From Macrostomum lignano (taxonomy: Eukaryota): a stretch of 64,000 nucleotides of DNA. The notes under the pieces are model-generated. The model worked only from the letters and a program-made list of their open reading frames with translations. It ran no database searches and was not told the origin of the DNA. The DNA is taken from positions 289,691 through 353,690 of the forward strand of contig NIVC01001134.1 in NCBI GenBank assembly GCA_002269645.1. The letters run 5' to 3'. Positions 63,966 through 64,000 of the stretch are shown piece by piece; positions within the stretch are counted from its first letter, which is position 1, and each line of letters starts with the position of its first letter. Position numbers and translations under genes: made by a program.

Positions 63966-64000
63966 CGCCCGAGTAACAGTGAGAATACACATGAAAGAGA

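Overview
Repeat-dense metazoan genomic DNA, not prokaryotic: it has GT-AG spliceosomal introns, GC-rich exons and introns filled with tandem repeats. This style suggests a flatworm such as Macrostomum, but that is an inference. Genes assembled by hand from splice sites and motifs: (1) a 4-exon F-box/LRR gene (+, 24473-28506) with a GC-AG intron; (2) a same-strand cluster (+, 38842-48582) of an orphan coiled-coil ORF, COP9 signalosome subunit 8, a divergent cofactor-dependent phosphoglycerate mutase homolog and a SMIM4/UQCC5-like gene, each preceded by a splice acceptor, making a candidate trans-spliced operon; (3) a single-exon secreted Cys-rich/mucin/polyArg protein (-, 49013-49999) with TATA box and polyA signal; (4) a 10-exon class B (secretin-family, PTH-receptor-like) GPCR (-, 50785-57253) with TWO complete hormone-binding ectodomains, each on its own phase-0 exon. 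The first 23 kb is mostly satellites with scattered unassigned exon-like pieces. Also present: two non-autonomous DNA transposons with 8-bp target-site duplications (TSDs), a tRNA-derived SINE family, an RNase H-bearing non-LTR retrotransposon remnant and about 30 different tandem-repeat arrays. All calls come from reading the sequence; no searches were run.
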